DNA of 64,000 bases from positions 2,816,001 to 2,880,000 of the forward strand of contig CBDEGZ010000003.1 of NCBI GenBank assembly GCA_965238175.1, in the 5' to 3' direction. The translations under genes were made by a program, and so were the position numbers. The notes beneath the pieces are model-generated. The model was not told the origin of the DNA. It worked only from the letters and a program-made list of their open reading frames with translations, and did no database searches. Origin of the DNA: Gammaproteobacteria bacterium. Lineage in GTDB: Bacteria; Pseudomonadota; Gammaproteobacteria; CAJXQU01. This document shows positions 36,265 to 45,642 of this stretch, piece after piece. Numbering within the stretch: position 1 is the first letter of the stretch; each line of letters starts with the position of its first letter.

Positions 36265-36543
36265 AATTAAAGAACTTAATGCTCTTAAACAACGTTCAGA
36301 AAAAAATAGAACGGGGCCAGTACCAACACACAAATCAACAGGCTTGTCAGAGGGAAGTCCCTCTTCGCCACCAACTATCTCTACGTCAAAAGGTTGATTT
36401 TTATTTATAAAGCTACGTCTGTCATCAACTTCTTGTTTTTTTTGCTCTAGGAGTTTCCAAGCGGCACTTTGAAAATAGTCGTCATCCTCAAAGACAAAAA
36501 GAATTTCAGAAGATTCTTCTTCCGTTTCAATTCCATAAATCAT
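36265..36543 (-). pseudogene. N-terminal half of an Imm11-like gene truncated by IS481
   Basis: MIYGIET...VLFFSERCLRALSSLI, then reads into the IS end (CRSLDPI*); paralogous to 31437-32000. Confidence 0.6.
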
Positions 36544-36589
36544 AGCCCTGTCACCTCCGTTCATAACAAATTCAATATAACAAATTTAA

Positions 36590-36810
36590 ATTTTTTGCCA
36601 CCTCAGCCGTGACTTTTGCGTACCTATCTTTTGAAGCAAGGTTAGCCAAGTTTTGCGAATTTGCCATCTTTCTAGAAAGAGAATTGAGGGTGGAAACCAC
36701 TTGTTTCGCTCCCCCTTAGTTTATACGCATTGAAGATCATTTTATTTGCGATTTTGGAATACACTTTACCGTGTGATCTGTTGTGTAGCAGTTCGTTTTG
36801 TCCACCTGTG
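36590..36810 (-). pseudogene. possible AHH/HNH-type toxin tip remnant
   Basis: Minus strand LLHNRSHGKVYSKIANKMIFNAY resembles the HxGxH..Y motif of AHH nucleases; directly upstream of the Imm11-like gene. Confidence 0.35.
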
Positions 36811-36850
36811 AAGCGCTTTGGCCGGAAGGTGTTGTGCGCTTGTTTGAAAA

Positions 36851-37331
36851 CTATCGATTTGCCAGAAGAAGACCTATTTCTGCTGCAATCGCAGGCGCGC
36901 TGGTAAATACATGATCCCCACAGGGCTCAAAATAATCCACTTCCACACCGTATTGATCTATGTAGACATTTAGTAGGTTATTATGAAAACAATGCCGATC
37001 ATAAAGATCAGCATCAGGCAGATTCCCCAAGTAAACAAAATCTCCTCCAGACCAGTTCAAATTGTTTACAATTTGGGGGGGGGAGTAACAAATTATATTT
37101 GGAAATATTGAGATCCTTTAGTTCAGGTAAGGTCGAGAATTTATCCTTGAAAATGTAAATAATATTTAGTAATTCGTCAGGAGGGCTATTCTCCGAATAA
37201 AGGGCATCAATTTTAGCGACAATACCAAAAAAATAGCCAATGCTTTTGATTTGAAGACTAAAAACATCACCCACAACAGGTTTTTTTCGCCTTGCTTTGC
37301 CTCTTACCACATCAAAATTCATGATATCCAT
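36851..37331 (-). pseudogene. Imm26-like immunity gene, +1 frameshift in a C9 tract
   Basis: RRKKPVVGDVFS....YFFGIV...LLLPP; removing one C from 37075-37083 restores LLLPPQIVNNLNWSGG. Confidence 0.65.
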
Positions 37332-37615
37332 TATTTAAAAAGACCTCCAAATCCATTGCTGTTAAGCCAATCTTCTCCCCATTTTACTGCTGCATCAAAG
37401 TGGGCATGATTGGCGTCAATAGGGTTGTTAACATTAGGCTTATTGACCGCTTTTATACCCTTTTTCTTCATTCGGTTATAAACGGCCTGTTCTATGGCAC
37501 GAGCCTGGTTTCGCATTAGCAGGCCAGATTTCCGTGTCAAGCGATCCAGTTTATAAACTCCCTTCGGATACCTAGTCAAATAGTTTTTGCTAATCTCTTT
37601 TTTTAGAAATGCCAT
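37331..37615 (-). pseudogene. orphan C-terminal toxin (URI-like nuclease) fragment
   Basis: FLKKEISKN..TRY...RNQARAIEQA...N.I...H.HFD.AV.WGE.WL..NG; its stop overlaps the Imm26-like start (TAATG). Confidence 0.5.
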
Positions 37616-37629
37616 TTTTTTAGATTGCT

Positions 37630-37717
37630 GCCAACGGTTTGTATAAGAATAGTAGGGGATTAAAATGTACTTGCTTTTCGGTTTAGCACTTAGCCAAATA
37701 TACAATTTTACTGTTAT
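37630..37717 (-). repeat. attC-like repeat, internally deleted
   Basis: Minus strand ATAACA just after the stop ... CGTTGGC; shares TAAGAATAGTAGGGGATT with the 38376 repeat. Confidence 0.6.
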
Positions 37718-37718
37718 T

Positions 37719-38360
37719 TTATCTTTTAAAGTATTTTTTTAATCTAAGATTAATTTCTTCTTTATCATTTGAAAATGAAGCATTGGGATATTTTATCCAG
37801 TATTCTAATCCTTTTTCGAGAGCCCAAAGAGCTTTGTCTTTATTGTTTTCTATTAAAAAAAAATCACAAGCAACAGAATGTCTACCTCCGTGTTCCTCTT
37901 CAATAATTCTGTTCGCTGACTTTTCCCAACTTGATAAATTATTCAAATATGGTATTCCCACAGTTAATAAATTTTCTTTGAGAGTTGTCATAACATTAGC
38001 ACGGTATTTAACGTTTATTATTTCAAAATGTAATTGTTCTTCATTGTCAATAACAGCTTTTTTCCAATTTGGAATATTCCAACAGGAAACTCCTCCCATA
38101 GAATAATTTACAGGCTTTTTTCTATATTCTTTTTCATACCATTTACTATATGCTTTAGATTCAACACCTAGTAATGTCCAAAATTCAGCATTTACATTTT
38201 CTTGATTATGCCTATTAAGTTGAAAATGTATTTTTTGTTCAAAATCTCCTGTTTTTCTTTTGAATGATAAAGAACTTTTTAAAAACCTAAATCCTGTTTC
38301 CAATAAAGGCTCAGAAAGATGCTCAAGTATATTTTCTGTAATTAATTCTCTTGGTTTCAT
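37719..38360 (-). CDS. DUF4304-like cassette protein
   Basis: L...GFRFLKS...FKRK.GDF.Q.IHFQ N-terminus; flanked by attC-like repeats. Confidence 0.55.
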   Translation of the reverse strand: MKPRELITENILEHLSEPLLETGFRFLKSSLSFKRKTGDFEQKIHFQLNRHNQENVNAEFWTLLGVESKAYSKWYEKEYRKKPVNYSMGGVSCWNIPNWKKAVIDNEEQLHFEIINVKYRANVMTTLKENLLTVGIPYLNNLSSWEKSANRIIEEEHGGRHSVACDFFLIENNKDKALWALEKGLEYWIKYPNASFSNDKEEINLRLKKYFKR

Positions 38361-38375
38361 TTTGTTCTTATTACT

Positions 38376-38505
38376 GCCAACGGTTCGTGTAAGAATAGTA
38401 GGGGATTACGGACTTCATTCTTGTCAAGTTACAAGAAAATTGAAGCGGGCTACAACTCTTGAATTTACCACTTTCCCAGCTATGTGTTTTTACACATTAT
38501 TTTGT
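38376..38505 (-). repeat. attC-like cassette repeat
   Basis: GCCAACGGTTCGTGTAAGAATAGTAGGG ... CCCAGCTATGTGTTTTTACACA inverted symmetry, ~130 bp. Confidence 0.65.
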
Positions 38506-38523
38506 TTCATACATTGGTATCAA

Positions 38524-39243
38524 TTATTTAATTCTTAAGACTCCCGTAACTTCGCTAGTCTCAAAGCCAATATTTACGGTTTTACCCTCATCATTTGTCC
38601 ACGGATTAAAATAATCAAAATCAGCGCCTTTTGAGTCTCTATATTCATTATTCACATTTATCATATTTTCCAATATCACTACATGACCAAAATCATACAG
38701 GATATGAATCTTCTTATTATCATAATAATCAGTACTTTTTGCTCCATTTAGGGCCAATTGAGGCGTGATACTTAAGTCAATTTTTTTGTTGTTTTCAAAC
38801 TCGGATATCGACTGAACTGTGTCTATTTTATAGGGTGAAATATTACATAAATCAAAATGGTATTGGCTTTTAATTCTATCTCCAATTGCACTTAAATGGT
38901 CTTTGTCGAAACAACTATTAAAAATTGAATCCCAATAGTCAGTAGATTTTGAAAAAGTATCATGATCTGGAAATCCATCCGGTTCAATCTCTTGTGTTAT
39001 GTATTGAATAATCGAACCTGCTGTTATAACGCAGTATCCATACGTAATTTTCTTTGCTGCATGCGAACCCATCTCATTCTTTGAGAATCTCGTTCTACAT
39101 AATATCTCTCCTTTCTCATTTATTGAGATCGGGATAATTTTTGACTCTATGTATGATGGTCCAGTCGCACAAACATTCCCATACAAAATCATACCCAAGA
39201 GAATGAGGATGAAGTATCTTTTATTGTTCACAAATTTTTTCAT
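38524..39243 (-). CDS. secreted hypothetical cassette protein
   Basis: Signal-peptide-like N-terminus; lies between repeats. Confidence 0.65.
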   Translation of the reverse strand: MKKFVNNKRYFILILLGMILYGNVCATGPSYIESKIIPISINEKGEILCRTRFSKNEMGSHAAKKITYGYCVITAGSIIQYITQEIEPDGFPDHDTFSKSTDYWDSIFNSCFDKDHLSAIGDRIKSQYHFDLCNISPYKIDTVQSISEFENNKKIDLSITPQLALNGAKSTDYYDNKKIHILYDFGHVVILENMINVNNEYRDSKGADFDYFNPWTNDEGKTVNIGFETSEVTGVLRIK

Positions 39244-39274
39244 GTTGATATTTTAATGTAGGATGCTCTTTTTA

Positions 39275-39426
39275 TACAACGATTTTGTGTATAAAACGTA
39301 GCGTGTAAAAAGAGCTAATTTTTTCGATTAAACACAGAGCGGAATTTTTAAATTTGCCGGTCTTTGCAAATAAGCACTAGCCTTTGGTTTAGCACTTACT
39401 AGCTTATGTTTAATATACTTTGTCAC
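39275..39426 (-). repeat. attC-like cassette repeat overlapping the upstream stop codon
   Basis: TACAACG...TGTCAC; the TGA stop of 39423-40136 lies inside the core, as in integron cassettes. Confidence 0.6.
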
Positions 39427-40136
39427 CAAACGTTTTTCATTAATTCTAAATCTTTAATATAGTCATTGTCGTGTACAGTTGTATAAGCAATAAAATCATC
39501 GGTTTTGTTTAAATCTTTAAATTGATTGTTTGCTTTTAATTCTAAAAAATGACTATTTGAAATTGTTATCAATTTATTCTTAAATAATTCAAAACCTTGG
39601 TTATTCAATATGCTTTCATGAACTTCACTTGAAATTCTAATTCGTTTAAACAAAGAGTGTTCTTTATGAAAGATTTTATCAATTTTTTTAAATTGTGAAC
39701 TCAGGGTATTATATTTCCAATCGCCACTATCAAATTTATTAAACATCTGATAACAATAATTTATTTCATTTAATTTTTCTTGTTTCCTTTCATTCATCAT
39801 AGCTACAATTTGATCAACAGAATATTGTAGACTTTCAGCTTTAATTTTAATTTCTTTTTGTTTCTCTTCATCAAGAATCTCAAAATACAAAGGCTCATTT
39901 TCTGATTTTTCTTTCTGGTATCTTTTTTCTCGCGCTTTTTTATATTCTTCCAGACCTTCAACAGTATTAGCGCAAATATCAATTTCAATATGATCTTGAA
40001 TATCTATGTGTATTGCTAAGACATAAAGGGTTTCATTTTTTAACAACGAGGGTAACTCTCTAACTGATTTTTCAATCATTGATTTTGTTCTTTTATCAAA
40101 TTTTCTATATATCGTGTTAATTTTATTTTGAGTCAT
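39423..40136 (-). CDS. DUF4303-like hypothetical protein
   Basis: ETLYVLAI...ICANT.EGL...SGDWKY resembles 28443-28963. Confidence 0.5.
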   Translation of the reverse strand: MTQNKINTIYRKFDKRTKSMIEKSVRELPSLLKNETLYVLAIHIDIQDHIEIDICANTVEGLEEYKKAREKRYQKEKSENEPLYFEILDEEKQKEIKIKAESLQYSVDQIVAMMNERKQEKLNEINYCYQMFNKFDSGDWKYNTLSSQFKKIDKIFHKEHSLFKRIRISSEVHESILNNQGFELFKNKLITISNSHFLELKANNQFKDLNKTDDFIAYTTVHDNDYIKDLELMKNVW

Positions 40137-40964
40137 AATATTTAGTAGCGAAGTTGTATAGGGATAGGGATCCCTCAGGGCCTCAGTATCTTGCTATTGA
40201 AAAGGAATCAATAGAGTCAACAGGGTTAGAGTGGATTGATTGCAATCACAATTTTCTATTTTACTTATGCAATAATTAGATTTATCAAAGCTAAACCTCT
40301 TACTCAAAAGACGGGATGGCACATTTATTTCTGATAACAACAGCACGATGAATTGAACAAATTATGATTCGTGGTCGATTCTATCTTGATCAAATTTATT
40401 GTTATATAAAATAAGTAATTCTTTATACTTTTGATGTGATGCATATTCGAATACATTCCTATATTCAACAAAAATATTCCTTGGCAAATATTTAATTATG
40501 TAAATTTCTATACCCTTCAATGCAAGTAATTTTCTGGCAAACGCTATAACAACTGACGTGTAATAGTCATATTCTGCATTCTTCTACAATTCAAGTAGAA
40601 AATCATTTCCGGGGAAATTTTTCTAAAGAATTCATCCCCATTCTGTCTTACTTAATTTCCAGGTTGATCGTATAACTCCATCCACATTTGCATCAGATTT
40701 TCAATATCTTCCAAATTCATGTTTGGGAATATGTTTTTTATTCGCGTTTTCCAATATTGCATAGCTCTTATAAGCGTTCATTACATAGAAGTTCTATTTT
40801 AGCGAACTACGTTTGGTCAAAGTGTTCTTAATATTAATGCCTGATGGTATTTACCTATATATTTACTTTTATAAATTTTCTTTTTTTAATTATTTCATAA
40901 TCCATTCAATGTATTAATAACCTACATATAATAGTTTAATCCATTTTCAATTAATGTCTTGGCA

Positions 40965-42254
40965 TCACACCGTTTCAGTATATCCTTTTGCTGTTTTTTG
41001 ACTAATGAGTTTATCATAATGCTTTGTGGCTAATTCTTTGGTGTCGAATGTTTTCGTTTTACTTGTACCGTTTGTTCCTAGACGCCCATAGCGTACGGTA
41101 ACATTAGTGTTGTCTAACGAGATTTCCCAAAATTTGTTTGATTTTTCATCGGAAAATTCAAAGCGGCGCAGATTGGCTTGATTGTTTGTGTTTTCTATTT
41201 TCATATTTTGTTCCTCAGGAGGTGATTTTTGTTTGCTGATGTTTATTTTGATATCCTCTCGAATTCTAAGAAATGAAGGAAATCGAGGCACTCCATCATC
41301 TGATAGTTCTTGATATCGAAAGCTTATGGTACTGCCTATTTCAGGGGGATTGGCACGTTGATGATCTGAAAAACCTGTGCCAATGGAAAATAACGTGCCG
41401 TTATCTAATTGTACGCTAAGTGCTCCCATTTTTCCTTTGTGTTTTCCTTTGCCTGGTTGGTATTCTAGTACAACGGCTTCTGCATCAATGAAGCTTTTAA
41501 TTTTCAACAAAGTGTTGGAGCGCCCAATTTCATATAAGGATTTTGGTTGACGAAGCATAAGTCCTTCACCCCCCAATGCTTCTACTCGTTGTAATTCTTC
41601 TTTTAGGTGAACACTACTTTCACAGGGTATATGCGAAAGCTGTTCTATATATGTGTTTTTTGAATTAAGGTGAGTGCGTATAATTTCCAGACGTTCTTCA
41701 AAGCTGCCTTTTTCTGCGGGAGCATCAAATACTAGAAAACGAATATTTTTCCAATGTTCGCTTTTATCTTGCCGGCGAACAATGCTTACGGTTTTTTGAA
41801 ACATTTTACGATCCATCCACAGCTCACCATCTAAAGGAAAAGCGGGAAGTTTATCAACAAACCAATCGGGAGCGTGGTATTCATTTCCTTGGCGGGATAA
41901 AAATTTTTCGCCTGTCCAATAGGCTCTTACACCATCGAGTTTTTCGCTCATCCACCAACCGGTTATATCCTGTTGACCATCCCAAGCGGTAGCAAGCAAC
42001 AGAGGAGGAGTATCTTTTTTTATGTTACTTTTTTTAATTGTTTTGGTGGGTAGTATTCCGCCTAGCCTATCTTTTTCAGCTTGTTCCCCTCGATATTGTC
42101 TGAGGTGTTTGCAGGTACGCTGTTCAATAGGTGCAGATTGATTGCGCCAAGCTGGGCAGGAGCAGGAATAAACGCCGCCCACATTTTTTAATAGATAGGG
42201 TTTAACAGCTGAGCCTTTTACTTCTACTGTTTCATTATCGGCTATATCTGACAT
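40965..42254 (-). CDS. ATP-dependent DNA ligase with N-terminal SWIM zinc finger and C-terminal WGR domain
   Basis: CSCPAW...TCKHL (SWIM); SEKLDGVRAYW, LDGELW, EGLMLR, PRFP (ligase); SNKFWEI...VRYGRLG...KTAKGY (WGR). Confidence 0.88.
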   Translation of the reverse strand: MSDIADNETVEVKGSAVKPYLLKNVGGVYSCSCPAWRNQSAPIEQRTCKHLRQYRGEQAEKDRLGGILPTKTIKKSNIKKDTPPLLLATAWDGQQDITGWWMSEKLDGVRAYWTGEKFLSRQGNEYHAPDWFVDKLPAFPLDGELWMDRKMFQKTVSIVRRQDKSEHWKNIRFLVFDAPAEKGSFEERLEIIRTHLNSKNTYIEQLSHIPCESSVHLKEELQRVEALGGEGLMLRQPKSLYEIGRSNTLLKIKSFIDAEAVVLEYQPGKGKHKGKMGALSVQLDNGTLFSIGTGFSDHQRANPPEIGSTISFRYQELSDDGVPRFPSFLRIREDIKINISKQKSPPEEQNMKIENTNNQANLRRFEFSDEKSNKFWEISLDNTNVTVRYGRLGTNGTSKTKTFDTKELATKHYDKLISQKTAKGYTETV

Positions 42255-42484
42255 AGAAAATGGTGTTTGTTAAAAAATTTATTCCTAATACTATATTTAT
42301 TTAAATGAACAAGAAAGTCACTCCTGTTTTCTTAATTTTAAGTAAATTCGTTATTTCTTTTTTTTCAAAAAAAAATTCCATCTAAATATTTTCTCTTTTT
42401 ATAACAAAAACCAATTGATAAGCGTAGGGAACCCTTGGATTAACGCAGGCAAATAACTGTTAGATTAAGCCTGTGCTTCTACAC

Positions 42485-43639
42485 CTATTCCTCACCAAAA
42501 GCGCCAGGGCGATGATAAATTTTGATTGATTCAAACAACGCTCGATAATGCGTCAGCTCCTCCTCATCAATCTCGCCTGCATGCCCCATTTTTAAGGAAG
42601 GTTGAGCTTGCGACTGAAAATCACCGGAGTGATATTGGTGTAATTCAAATCTTTTTTCATTACCCACTCCCCGGGTGATTAGGTAGATGGCTTTCTTTGC
42701 ATAACCGATATCACGTTCTTCGTCGTGAAATATCCTATTTCGAAATTCCCATATGACATATTTGATAGCTTCCGAGAGAGAGCCTGAAAGCAGCCAATAA
42801 CCGAAGAACGATTCGTAGCCATAGGTGTTTCGCTCTTTCCAGACTCTTTTCTCAATTAATTCTTGTAGGACTTTGTCATGAGTTGTGAGATCAATCCAAA
42901 ACCAGCGCGGTTCGTTTTTCTTTTGGTCCCACAGATCCTTATTGTGAAATATAATACTTATACCCTCTTCGCCCAGAGATGGCAGAGCCAGAATGACATC
43001 ATCAAAACAAAAACCCTCCTCTTTAGACCCCACCTCCATAGGCTTGAGGTGTTGCATAGACAGGATGAGTTTATCGAGGTCACGCTTATAATATTCCTTA
43101 CCATGAGGTCCAACCCGGAACTCGAAAATCTTACCGTTAACGTATTTAAAACCTCGGAGCTCATGCAGATCATGCAGATCATGCAGATCATGCAGATCAT
43201 GATCAATATTAAAGCTGAACAGAGCCGTCATCGCACCAAGATCAAACCGTTTCTGCGGCGGCCCATAAAGCTCAAGCCCCCAGTCATTTTCGTAGATCGC
43301 CCTAATTTCAGTCTCAAAGCGCACTTTCGTCATGACACCATCGCGCACGTGCACTTTGATGGACTGGTTTTGAAATTGTTGTCGCTCATGATAAGCAGAT
43401 TTACTTTCTTCAGGTATTTGAAACAATAGCGTCAAGCGAGGATCGTAGCTCATGGTGAAACGCCCCAGACACGCGGTTGCTCTCTTTTCATTCATGGTCA
43501 TGCTTTTTTCCGTAAGGTAGTGAAACCGTTCTGGCCCTGGTGGTAAGACCCCTTCTAATAAACCTCGTCCAAAAACAAGGGCGATGATGAGTCCCATAAA
43601 TAGCGTCGCAATGGCTGCAATCCATAGTTTTGCTTTCAT
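42485..43639 (-). CDS. membrane-anchored Tli4-like T6SS immunity protein
   Basis: N-terminal TM; ACLGRF and GFCFD motifs as in Tle4-cognate immunity proteins. Confidence 0.5.
   Translation of the reverse strand: MKAKLWIAAIATLFMGLIIALVFGRGLLEGVLPPGPERFHYLTEKSMTMNEKRATACLGRFTMSYDPRLTLLFQIPEESKSAYHERQQFQNQSIKVHVRDGVMTKVRFETEIRAIYENDWGLELYGPPQKRFDLGAMTALFSFNIDHDLHDLHDLHDLHELRGFKYVNGKIFEFRVGPHGKEYYKRDLDKLILSMQHLKPMEVGSKEEGFCFDDVILALPSLGEEGISIIFHNKDLWDQKKNEPRWFWIDLTTHDKVLQELIEKRVWKERNTYGYESFFGYWLLSGSLSEAIKYVIWEFRNRIFHDEERDIGYAKKAIYLITRGVGNEKRFELHQYHSGDFQSQAQPSLKMGHAGEIDEEELTHYRALFESIKIYHRPGAFGEE
43161..43201. repeat. in-frame 9-bp tandem repeat (TCATGCAGA)x4.5
   Basis: Directly visible; encodes HDLHDLHDLHDLHEL. 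Confidence 0.95.
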
Positions 43640-43823
43640 ATGTTTTTTCTAATCAAGATTGTTATCCATCTATAGAGTTAAAAATACTCATTTCAACGTA
43701 TTACATCAACCAATTGTTAAGCGTAGAGAGTGAATTGATATACTCTGTTTTTAAATGTTAAGAAATACTCATTACAAACGAGCGCCAGAGGAGAAACTTT
43801 ATCCGACGACTGTTTCTTTTTAG

Positions 43824-44309
43824 TCAAGATTTTTTCTTAAGGTTACCAAATGAATTCAGATCAGGGCAATCAACGTTATAACGCGCATAATATTGAAAAG
43901 TTCTTGACTGCTCGTAAAAGGGGTAAGAACAAAGCCGATACCCGTGGGCTTCTGCAAAATCGGCAAGCCGATTTGAAACCACGTAGCCACAAATTATCAG
44001 CCCAACAGCCAGAGCAATGAAAGTTGGCATAAGGTATTTTTTCAACAATCGATTGCCGCGCTCTGTGAATATAAGATGAAAAAACCAAATCGAGGGACCG
44101 ACAAATAGAGCTGCACGTGTCCGAGGAACATCGAAGAAAGCAGCCTCTTTCTCGATTAATTGATAGGCTGTCCAATAATCCTTCAGCAAGAATAGCAGCA
44201 AAACAAATGCGAAAAGATCGAATATAGCCATCATGACATGAAACCTGCGCATATCAGCACCAATCCAATGCGCTACCCTGACCAATTGATCAAAACTGCG
44301 GTCAAACAA
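43824..44309 (-). CDS. DUF1240-like membrane protein
   Basis: Three TM segments, then GYRLC...Y.....C; start uncertain. Confidence 0.45.
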   Translation of the reverse strand: MFDRSFDQLVRVAHWIGADMRRFHVMMAIFDLFAFVLLLFLLKDYWTAYQLIEKEAAFFDVPRTRAALFVGPSIWFFHLIFTERGNRLLKKYLMPTFIALAVGLIICGYVVSNRLADFAEAHGYRLCSYPFYEQSRTFQYYARYNVDCPDLNSFGNLKKKS

Positions 44310-44517
44310 GTTATCTACCCGAAAAAATCAAGGGACTAGCCAGCCTGATATTTAGCCATTAGAATTTATGGCAATGAGCAGTTTCATCAAGAAATTGCAG
44401 ACAAGTAACAAGGCCAAAAAAATTAATGTCGCACAGTGGGATATTGGGCAAAAATCAAGCTGGCTACCCCTTAATATTTTTTTATTTTTCAAAATTAAAG
44501 TCAAAATATTTTAGATT

Positions 44518-45489
44518 TTAAAATTTATCATTGTCCCACCATTTTTCAAATGTCTTAGGGCAAACTTTTTTCAAAGAGGCCTTATTATCTTCATCCCATT
44601 CAAAATCAATTTCTTTATTTTGAAATTCAAAATTATATTTTGACTCTTCATCATCCCAACTATCACCGCCATATTTTTTGTTAAAAACTTCATTAGGAAT
44701 GTAACTAATTCCCTCCAAAGAAGGATAGTCAACCGTATCAAATTCTTGACAGAGAGAATCTGGGTTTTGTATTGCTAACGTAAATATGTCTTTACCTCTT
44801 GAAATTAGCCAGTACCTAAAATCCATAAAACCATCATCACTACACCCCCCTAATACTATATAAGCAACAGCCCAAAGATTTCCTAGATATGCTTCATTAT
44901 GTGATTTTAAAAATTGATAATAGTAACCCATTAACTCCTCAGTGCTTAAACCATCTAATATTGATGTAAGTTTTTCTAATTGCTCCTCTGCAGATCCGGC
45001 TGCCTTTTTTGAGATTTCAATAACATCCCAAAATTGTACTTCACTAAACAAGTTTGCTGGATTGATTAATGACTTTTTTATTTCATTTTGTTTTTTATCG
45101 TCTATAAATATCACATTGTCATCTATCCAACTTTGCACCCTTTTCCCATTTTGATTTTCTTTATCTATCTTCAGACATTCGTTTATATATTTTTGTGCAT
45201 TGCCGGTATCATTTAACCTGTAATAAGAAAACGCAACTCTGTATTTTGTCTCGGCATTACTGTCAGATTCTGTTTCATCTACCTCTAAAAGATATTTCAA
45301 GGCTTCTTTAAACTTATCAGGATCATTTTTTTCGTTGCCTATATTATTTAATGCTCTCCCTATTTCTGATTTGAGATATAATTCATTCTCAGGGTTCATA
45401 ACTTCTTTTGAAAATTCTATTATTTCCTGGTGTTTTTCAGCATCATAAAATTCTTCAACTGTATCGATAATTGTTTGTAAATTTGTCAT
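44518..45489 (-). CDS. TPR + DUF4240 protein
   Basis: N-terminal TPR helices; FWDVIE..., LWAVAYIVLGGCSDDGFMDFRYWLISRG.......NPDSL. Confidence 0.8.
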   Translation of the reverse strand: MTNLQTIIDTVEEFYDAEKHQEIIEFSKEVMNPENELYLKSEIGRALNNIGNEKNDPDKFKEALKYLLEVDETESDSNAETKYRVAFSYYRLNDTGNAQKYINECLKIDKENQNGKRVQSWIDDNVIFIDDKKQNEIKKSLINPANLFSEVQFWDVIEISKKAAGSAEEQLEKLTSILDGLSTEELMGYYYQFLKSHNEAYLGNLWAVAYIVLGGCSDDGFMDFRYWLISRGKDIFTLAIQNPDSLCQEFDTVDYPSLEGISYIPNEVFNKKYGGDSWDDEESKYNFEFQNKEIDFEWDEDNKASLKKVCPKTFEKWWDNDKF

Positions 45490-45642
45490 ATTAGATTATT
45501 AAATTTTAATGGTTATTAACATCCTACTAAACGAGGTTATCTGTTGAGGTTCTTTTTAATAAGTAACTTATTGGCTTCATTTATTTCCAATTATAATACT
45601 AATCTGTTCAATTCATTTCACTTAATGAATATGTTCAGCACA

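Noticed and set aside
37616-37705. N-terminus of the 124-aa ORF
   Set aside because: It is read through an attC-like repeat, not real coding sequence.
42878-43429. ORFs with MICMIC/QIMQIM repeats
   Set aside because: Alternative-frame readings of the 9-bp tandem repeat.
42400-43800. CCAATTG(A/T)TAAGCGTAG repeated at ~42411 and ~43710 as attC sites
   Set aside because: The short repeat is real, but I could not establish paired cores and hairpins; left unassigned.
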